Shown: piece after piece, positions 53,138 to 64,000 of the stretch | How positions within the stretch are numbered: position 1 is the first letter of the stretch | How the letters are laid out: every line of letters starts with the position of its first letter | NCBI RefSeq assembly: GCF_009914755.1 | Contig: NC_060944.1 | Strand: one strand, 5' to 3' | Length of the DNA stretch: 64,000 nucleotides | Source of the DNA: the human T2T-CHM13v2.0 reference genome, Homo sapiens | Program-made: the position numbers and the translations under genes | The notes under the pieces: model-generated | Seen by the model: the letters and a program-made list of their open reading frames with translations, nothing else | Told to the model about the DNA's origin: nothing | Databases searched by the model: none

Positions 53138-54490
53138 TGCATATGTGCATTTCCCAGTTCTGTCCAAAAAGACAGCAATAATCAATACACCATGTAGCCA
53201 TGAATACACCTAACACCTAGATCTTGGGTTTTAAATACTATTCTCCACTGAAAGGAACTGGGGCTTGGGAAAATAGTAGATTTGAGGGCTGGAGCAGGAA
53301 AAGTGCCCTGTGCCTGGTACCATGGTACATGAAACATCTAGCTGTGCCATATGATAGGCAAGTGCTCAAGTAATGCTGAGGACATGTCAAAAGACCAAGG
53401 TGCCAACTTAAAGGGACTCCCAATGGCCAAATCTGGGACAACTTGAGTATCAAAATAATGACAGTAACAGATTATAAGCCATGAAATATAAATAGTCCTG
53501 ATATACAGACACATACACGTATTACATACACACATACATACATACACACATGTGCAGAAAGAGAAAGCTCTTTCTTACACTAGAATGCCCAATAATAGGT
53601 GTGGAAGGAAGGATGCAACTAGTATGGTAATAATTGATTCAAACAAGAAGCATTACTAGATGCTAAAACTAAAGCCATTGTGTGAAAACTTGTTGAGGAG
53701 TAGGATATTTACATAGTCTTAAAGAGTCTTTCCACAAGATACAATACCTGCAAAAGGAAGGAGAGTGACTTTATAGCGAAGAAACATGGCAGAGACTATC
53801 TTAGTCGAGTGATCAAAGGCTGCATCACTGTTACTGGACAAACTGACATGAGGCTCCTGATGGGATGCACAGGGAAGAGTGAAAAATCACTTCTGTGATG
53901 TTCCTGCCAGAGATGCAAAACTGAAATCTAATCACGAGGAGCCGTCACATAAACCCAATTTGAGGAACCTTCTACAAAACAACTGGCCTGTAACCTGGGT
54001 AAGTATCAAGGTAATGAAAGGCAAAGAAAAACTGAGGGACCGTCACAGATTAGAGGAGACTAAAGAGATAAGACAATGAAATACAATGAGTAATTCTGGA
54101 TGGATCTTTTTGTTTATTATAAAGGACATTATTATTGAGACAATGGACAATATTTGACTGGGCTCTGAAGATTGGATGGTAGTAATATATCAATGTCAAT
54201 TTCCTGATTTTGATGATTTTATTGTGGTTATGTAGGAGAATATACTTGCTTTTAGGAAATGTACACTAAAGTATTCCAGGATAACAGGGAATCAAATTGA
54301 CAATTTACTCTCAAACAATTCAAAGAAAATCTCTCTATATATAAATCTCTAAGAGAGAATGATAAAGCAAATATGTTTAAATGTCAATATTTGGGGATTC
54401 TGGGTAAACAATATATGAGAATTCTTTGTACAATGTTTGCAACTCTTCTGTAGGTTTAACATTATTTTACAATAAAGTTATTTACATGAA
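52240..54490 (+). mobile_element. Old L1M 3' fragments, with (TG)n at 53094-53136 and a short Alu piece
   Basis: cagcaatcccacttctg, atggaatattatatagccattaaaa, aatttcctgattttgat, gcaactcttctgtag. Confidence 0.7.
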
Positions 54491-54945
54491 ACTGAAACCA
54501 TATGATGTCAAGTAATGATAAGTGATATATAGAAAAATCAAGTGGGCAGAGGAACAGAAAATGAGGGGGTGGTGCTATTCTAGATGGTATGGTCCAGGCA
54601 GGCCTCTCTAGGGGAGGACCTTTGAGCAGAGACCTAGTGGGAGGGAGGGAGTAGCTCCATGGATACTTGGGGAGAGTCTCAAAGGCCGAGGGACCCATCT
54701 GAGAAAAGGCCCAGAGTGGGACCAGCTTGGCCTGTGTATTAGTGTCTATTGCTATGTAACAAATCATCACCAACTTAGTGGCTTCAAACAACAGCCATTT
54801 AGCTCACAGTTCTGTAAGTCATCGTCTGGCACAGAGCAACTGAGTTCTTTGCTCAGGATATTACAAGGTAGAAACCAAGGTGTAGGTTGGGCTTAGTTCT
54901 TATGTGAAGGCTCTGGGGAAAAAATCCACTTCCAATTTCATTCTT

Positions 54946-55541
54946 TTCTTTTCTTTTTTTTCTTTTTCTTTTTTTTTTTGTGCAGTTGCAGAGAGGAAAG
55001 GAGGAAATTTTTCGATAGAAAAATCTTGGAGATCCTGTTGCTGTCACCCATCGGGCTGTTGGAAGCTGGGGTTAGTCCAGAAGTCTTCAGGTAATGCCAG
55101 GGTGTTGCCCTGGCCAGGAACTCTCAGTTGCCTCTGAACTTCTTCCAGCCCCACATGATGGCTAAGCTCTCCATGAAAGGAGACCAGTTGGAAACAAAGC
55201 CAACATTCCCAGCACCCTGAGGGCACTGAAGGATTGGCTAAGTTCTCCCCGGCAAGCCTGTTCCCCGAGAAAATGGAGGACAGAGTCCTTAAAATGAAAG
55301 AGCTGGGGTCTGTGCCTATACTCACTCTTTCAATGAATCTACGTCGGATCCCAGGCAGGCCCCCACAATGAAGCGGTGTTGTTCAACTGAGGTAATACCC
55401 AAGGTTCGTTGTCTCATGGCCACAGAAAACTAGGACTCGGACACACCAGAGTGAGGTTAAGAGCAGAAGTTTAATAGGCAAAAGAAAGAGAAAAGCTCTC
55501 TCTGTTGCAGAGAGAGGGGTCCTGGCGAAAATGGGTTGCCC
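54946..55541 (-). mobile_element. Processed (poly-A, TSD-flanked) copy of an ERV1 R-U5-PBS-leader (MER61-like LTR)
   Basis: LTR end ...CA at 55369; PBS TGGGGGCCTGCCTGGGAT at 55365-55348; ATTAAA 55475-55470; A-rich tail 54941-54979; TSD ccaa(t/g)ttcattctt. Confidence 0.7.
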
Positions 55542-55780
55542 CCAAGTTCATTCTTGTTGTTCGCAATGTTCAGCGTCTTGCGGTTGTGGGACTGACCGTA
55601 ACAGACGATTTTTTTGTTGGCTAGAAGCCACCTGCATTCCTTGATGTGTGGCCCCTCCATCTTCAAGTGAGCAATGGTGTTTTGAATCCTCCTTATGCTT
55701 CATGTCTTTGACTTCCTCTTCTGTGACCAACCAGGAAAAACTCACTGCTTTAAAAGGGCTCTTAGGATTAGATCAGGTAC

Positions 55781-56509
55781 TGTGTTAGTTCACTTTTGCA
55801 TTGCTATAAAGAAATACCTGAGGCTGGGTGATTTATAAAGAAAAGTGGTTTAATTGGCTCATGGCTCTGCAGGCTGTACCAGCATAGCTCTAGCATCTGC
55901 TTCTGGTGAGGCCTCGGGAAGCTTCTAATCATGGTAGAAGGTGAAGGGAGAGCAAGTGGTGTCACATGGTGAGAGCCAGAGCAAGAGAGAGAAGGGGAGG
56001 GTGCCAGATTCTTTTATTTTTTATTTTTGTTTTTTGAGACAGAGTCTTGCTCTGTTGCCCAGGCTGGAGTGCAGTGGCATGATCTCGGCTCACTGCAACC
56101 TCCACCTCTCGGGTTCAAGTGACTCCCATGCCTCAGCCTCCTGAGCAGCTGGGACTACAGGTGCACGCCACCATGCCCAGCTAATTTTTTTGCATTTTTG
56201 TTAGAGATGGAGTTTTGCCATGTTGCTCAGGCTGGTCTCGAACTCCTGAACTCAGGCAATCTGCCCACCTTGGCCTCCCAAAGTGCTGGGAATTCAGGCA
56301 TGAGACATGGCGCCTGGCCCCAGACTCTTTTGAACAAGCAGATCTGTGAACTAACCGGGTGAGAACTCACTTATTACCAAGGGGATGGTGGTAAACCATT
56401 CATGAGGAATCCGCCCCGGTGATCCAATACCTCCCGCCAGGCCCACCTCCGACACTGGGAATCACATTTCAACGTGAGATTTCAGAAGACACACATCCAA
56501 ACCGTATCA
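55781..56509 (-). mobile_element. MST-type MaLR LTR interrupted by AluS (56013-56320)
   Basis: gcattgctataaagaaatacctgag ... atccaaaccgtatca; Alu TSD ccaga(t/c)tctttt. Confidence 0.85.
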
Positions 56510-57229
56510 AGCATACCCAGAGATTTTCCGTATCTTAAGGCCATTTATGCCAAATAACATAAGCTGATCACAAGAGTAAACGCCACCGTATTCACAGCGC
56601 AGGGTATTTTACAGGACATGTACACAGGATGGGGAGGACTGGGCTGAAATCCTGGAGGCCATCTTAGAATCTGCCTATCATAGTTGCCGGGGTTGAGAAA
56701 CAAGAAAGCCAGTGTGGCTGGAGCACAGTGAACAAGGGGGTGCAGGGAGGAGAGACAGCAGAGTATCACAGGTGGAGAGACACATATATACCACCTAGCC
56801 TGATGGGAGGCTGAAGGCCTGAAAGTCACCTTGTGCAATTTTGGTTCCTGAGGAAGGGGAGGGTCATGCGAGTTCCTCCATGGATTCACTTGCACTAAAA
56901 AGCACCCCTGGGGTGGGACCCAGTCGATGATGGAAGTCAATGGAATGCGTGTTGAAGAGTAGCCCTTGGAGAACCAGTGGGCTGCTGGGCATAGGTGATA
57001 AGTTCTGCTCTGTGCATTTGGCCCAGTAGGCACAATGCCAAGAAGCCATGGGCTCGTCAAGGATCCATGGAGAAGTCTGAAATCTAAAAAAGCTGGCTGG
57101 AAAAATATTTTAAAACTTTCCAAACTTGAAAGACTTAGTGAAGTGCCTACCAAGTAGCATTGTGTCAATGGGTCATGAGCAACGCCCAAGTCTCCTAATA
57201 GTTACATATGCGTTCTATGTGATGTGACT

Positions 57230-59160
<1,931 letters not shown>

Positions 59161-59539
59161 TCTGGAATCAGCAAAGTAGGGGTCCTGGAGATGATGTTTT
59201 GAACTGGAGCTGTTAGCAGGCATGTTCTGTTGTGTGCAGAAATAGTTACTGTAGCAGTTAAAGATTTTCCCTGTCCTCTTCCTTCCTACCCTCTCCTGAC
59301 TCCTGACAGGTAAGATGCCATTATTAGTACTATTAAGAGAAAAGAGCCAAGAAATTAGGCCTGCTTTGGTAATGATTCTTGGCTAATTAATTGCATTTCC
59401 AATGGCCATAAGCTCCTGCTTCAACCAGCACCTCTATGTGTTGAAGGCAAGAAAAGGGGTCCACTACAGCTGCTACCTCCTGGGCTGGGCACATAACATT
59501 CTCATAAAAATGTTTGTCCAGTCAATGAAGGATTTCGGT

Positions 59540-59849
59540 TTTTTTTAAGAGACAGGGTCTCATTCTGTTGCCCAGGCTGGAGTGCAGTGTCACGATCACG
59601 GCTCACGCAGTCTTGACCTCCTGGGCTCAAATGATCCTCCCACCTCAGCCTCAAATGATCCTCCCACCTCAGCCTCCCTAGTAGCTCGGACCACGGGCAC
59701 ATGCCACCATGCCTGGCTGATTTTTGTATTTTTTGTAGAGATGGGGTTTCGCCATGTTGATGAGGCTGGTCTCGAACTCCTGGCTCAAGCAATCCACGTG
59801 CCTCGGCTTTCCAAAAAGATTACAGGCATGAGCTACCGTGCTCCCGGTC
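59540..59849 (-). mobile_element. AluJ with an internal 24-bp tandem duplication
   Basis: ctcaaatgatcctcccacctcagc occurs twice at 59626-59673. Confidence 0.9.
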
Positions 59850-61201
59850 AGGAATCTTTTAAAAGTCTCCTGGGTTGTCTTGGATGAGAAAAATAAAAAG
59901 AAGTCTCCCAGAGAACTTGAAAGCCTTAGATCAGGATTCCCTTCCTTCAGAGGGGTAAGAGGTGGGTGCCAAGCATTTAATTCTTAAGCATTTATTTTAG
60001 CAAATATCAACATGTATAGTAATTGATACTTTTATAGTAATTGATATTAATTTTCATGTATGGCAGCACAAAGTTTCCCATTAGCGTGAACTGGCTTTTT
60101 GTTTTTTTAAATGAGGCTATTTAAAGAAAAATATTAAGTAAATTGGTGGAAGATAGCCTGCAGATGGGGGTGGGGAGGAGGTGGTGTGATTCCGCCCAAA
60201 CTTGGAGAAACACTGCTTCGGTGGAAACCGCTCCGTGAGGAAGGCCTTAAGCCAGGGCTGGGTTGGGTCAGGAGAAAGCAGGGCCTTGGGATTCCAGGCG
60301 GAGGGCACTGGGAGGCTCTGGAGGGTGCAGTGAGGCTGCCACAGTCAAAGGCCGGGCGGCTGGGAGGGGCTTTCGGAGCTCTTCCTGGTATTGAAATCAT
60401 ATTTAGGGATTATAAAGTGTGATCCTTCTCATTGTGTCATTTGACACTCACAGCAACTTTGTGGAGTTTCAGGCAATAAGGAGATTGCCTTGTCAGTTTA
60501 CAGAAGGAAACGGAGGCAGAGAGAGACGCAGCAATTTGCCCAGGGTCTCAGGTGAGTAAAAGGCCTCAGTGGTGGGTGTGGGCAGCATGGCTGGAAGAAG
60601 CGGAATTTGGTGTGGAATTTGTGGAGATGTGTCAGGAGTTGCACCTCTGGGACTAGGGCACTCACAGCCCTCTCCTAATAACAATAACAACCACCATTAG
60701 CATTTATGGAGTGCTCGCTGCGGGCTGGCTCTGTGCTGAGCAACTCTGGCTGTCTCACTGCACACTTTACACTAACGCAATGGGAGGGGAGGTGTCATTA
60801 TCCCCCAGAAAGTGTCAAGGGCAGGAGTTATTGATTCATGGTGTCTGCTCTTGTAGAAATTTGAATTCCAGTAAGGGAGAGGGGAGCCAGAAAATAGCCA
60901 CGGGAAGACATCAATGAATGAGATAATTTCACATAACGATAAATGCCAGGGAGAAAAAACCCACAGGGCAATGTGATATGGCCTCTGGAGGTAGAGAAGG
61001 AACTGCTCCAGATGAGGCCATCCGTGAAGGCTTCTCTGAGGAGGTGACATTAGAGCCAGAGCCAGTAACGTCTGGACTTGAACCTGGGCTTGCGGCATGG
61101 GAGAGTCCTGCATCTGACTCCAAACTTCCCCTCCTCTGTCTCCTGTGGATCACAGAATGCTTTTGCCAGAGACTCAATCCCTTGTTAAGAATCATGGAGT
61201 T

Positions 61202-61645
<444 letters not shown>

Positions 61646-61804
61646 TTATGCCACGTTAGGGGTCACTCTAGATGATTCCCCTGGCCAAAGGGAAACCAAG
61701 TCCCAGAGACGAGATGGGTCCTGCCAAAGGCTGTAGCTTACAGCTGTGCAAGTTGTGCTGGGCTCCAGGGAGCCCAACTGGAGGCTAAGGGGATGCCTTG
61801 CATC

Positions 61805-61818
61805 CCACCAGGGGGCTG
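61805..61818 (+). promoter_or_regulatory. CTCF-like motif
   Basis: CCACCAGGGGGCTG. Confidence 0.5.
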
Positions 61819-62907
61819 CACCAGGAAGAAAGGGTACCTGTTTCTAATTCACACAAAGGAATGCTATGGGCTAGGGGTGGCCCTGAGCCTCGTGGAGGAT
61901 GGGGGCAGAGGTGAGATCCCCACATCGTTGTGCCATCCTTTTTCCCACCTCTCCTGCTTCCTGCTTTGTTCCTGCCAGTCCCTGGAGGGCAGGCGGGTGA
62001 GCATCTTCACCATTGAGGGATGCCCCCTCCTTAATTGTGGCAAGGGGGGCCCTTTGCAGCCCAGTGCAGGCCTTATGGGACAGTGAAGAGGAAAAGAAGC
62101 AAGCTGGCCAGGATTCCCTGGGGTTTTTGTGGAGCTGACAGGCTGAGGAGTGGTTGGTTCCGGGGGCGGGGGTGGCCCAGAAGTGCCTTATCTCCTCTGG
62201 GCCAGTGTCAGCTCCTGTCCCCAGCCTGCAGCACAGGCTGGAGCTGCCAGCCTGGGGACTGCAGCAAATTTGCATTTATATTGGAGACTTCTGTTTCCAG
62301 GGCTTGGGGGGAGGAGGGGTGGCCACCACCATCAGCTGAGCAGAGATGCAGGAGAGGAGGGGCCTGCAGCCCTGTCCTGCCAGGGGCACAGGAAGTGGCC
62401 GATGGGCCCAGTCTGCCTGGCTGAGGGAACAGTGGCACAGAAGGTTCTCTGGGCACGCGGCCGGCCCCGACAGCCTGCCTGTCCACCCTCCCAGACGCTC
62501 GCCAACATCAGCTGGGAGTTGGCTCTGCCCCCAGGCCTGGGAGAAAGGTCAGAGGCCGGTGCCAGCAAGGGACTAAGCAAGGCCAAAGCACTCCTGTGAC
62601 AGGGTGCAACTGCGTGTCACCCGGTCTCAGCCCCACAAAATTGTAAATTGTTTTAGCCAAGAAAACGGAGGCTCAGAGGGGCTTAGCCATTAGCTCAAGG
62701 TGATCCAGCTTATCATCCATGCCCCATGAGCCTCCCAGGAACACCCGGGATACTCACACACCCTGGATGCCATCTATACTTAGGGGATAAAGAGGAGTTG
62801 ACACCCCTTTTCCAGCTAAGTTCTGGAGGGTCAAGGGAAGTTATTGCAGGCTCGTGACACTGTTAGGGCTGGTTTTGTGACAGCTTAGGAATCATGTTTC
62901 TTTCTCT

Positions 62908-63210
<303 letters not shown>

Positions 63211-63431
63211 CCTCATGTTTCGTTTTATGGTGAAATCCATAAAATGGGTTTTTTTAGGGCCAGGTTCAGGCCAGGTTTCCCCTTGTCTTTGGAGAATGTA
63301 GCTTCTCCCATCTGTGAGGTTCCATGTGAAGAAGGAATGGAAGGAAGGAGAGAAGACAAGAAGGGAAGGAGGGGGGACAGGAGGAGGGAGAAATAGGGAG
63401 TGAAGTATAGAATAAATAAATAGAAGAGGGG

Positions 63432-63702
63432 GGCCGGGCATGGTGGCTCATGCCTGTAATCCCAGCACTTCGGGAGGCCAAGGTGGGCGGTTCACCTGAG
63501 GTCGGGACCAGCCCGACCAACATGGAGAAACCCTGTCTCTACTAAAAGTACAAAATTAGCCAGGTGTGGTGGTGCGTGCCTGTAATCCCAGTTACTCTGG
63601 AGGCTGAGGCAGGAGAATCGCTTGAACTCGGGAGGCGGAGGTTGCTCTCCAGCCTGGGCAACAAGAATGAAACTCTGTCTCAATCAATCAATCAATCAAT
63701 CA
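63432..63702 (+). mobile_element. AluSp-like element with internal deletions and (TCAA)n tail
   Basis: catggagaaaccc diagnostic; TSD tagaagagggg. Confidence 0.85.
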
Positions 63703-64000
63703 GTAGAAGAGGGGATAGAAGGAAGGAGTGGAAGGAGGGAAGGAAGGGAGAGGGAGTAGATGAGAAGAGAAGATAGAGTCATCCTGCACCCCGCCCCCCA
63801 GGTGTGCTTGTTGCTGCTGGAAGTGCTCCCTCTGTGCCCTTTCCCTGGCTGTTGTATGGAATGGTGGTCCTCTCCCCATCCTCCTCACCCTACAGCTGAG
63901 ACCTCCTGACCTCCAGTAGCAGGTGAGCCCTGCTCCAGGTGGGGGACCAGTGACAAGCTGGTTGGGGCTCCAGGAAGCAGAAGTTGGGGCCCTGTTGTGA

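Larger units (their letters stand above)
54733..56682 (-). mobile_element. MLT1-type LTR hosting later insertions, itself inside an L2
   Basis: tgtattagtgtctattgctatgtaacaaat ... ggccatcttagaatctgcctatcata. Confidence 0.75.

Noticed and set aside
56545-57189. 214-aa minus-strand ORF
   Set aside because: Runs across MLT1/L2 fragments; no coding signature.

Overview
Human (primate) genomic DNA, recognisable as 20p13 from two complete minus-strand genes. SRXN1 (sulfiredoxin-1) has 2 coding exons (15459-15250, 11191-10988; 137 aa). SCRT2 (Scratch-2, SNAG + C2H2 zinc fingers) has 2 coding exons (37857-37725, 26734-25944; 307 aa). The rest is Alu/MIR/L2/L1/MaLR-rich non-coding DNA with several CpG islands, a 35-unit G-rich minisatellite (3607-4709) and several motif clusters. 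No prokaryote-type system (CRISPR, operon) is present, and nearly all other ORF-track entries are Alu, GC-rich or repeat artefacts. The most notable unexplained structures are: an L1-style polyadenylated retrocopy of an ERV R-U5-PBS-leader with a target-site duplication (54932-55555); a ~270-bp inverted duplication bracketing the SRXN1 promoter/exon 1; a uORF plus overlapping ORF upstream of SRXN1, whose frame would also be used by a hypothetical SCRT2-exon1/SRXN1-exon2 splice (64-aa SNAG micropeptide); a decayed nuclear-receptor-like hexamer array in the SCRT2 intron; and a zero-spacer RE1-like site in the SCRT2 5'UTR. Repeat family names and boundaries were assigned by eye and are approximate.
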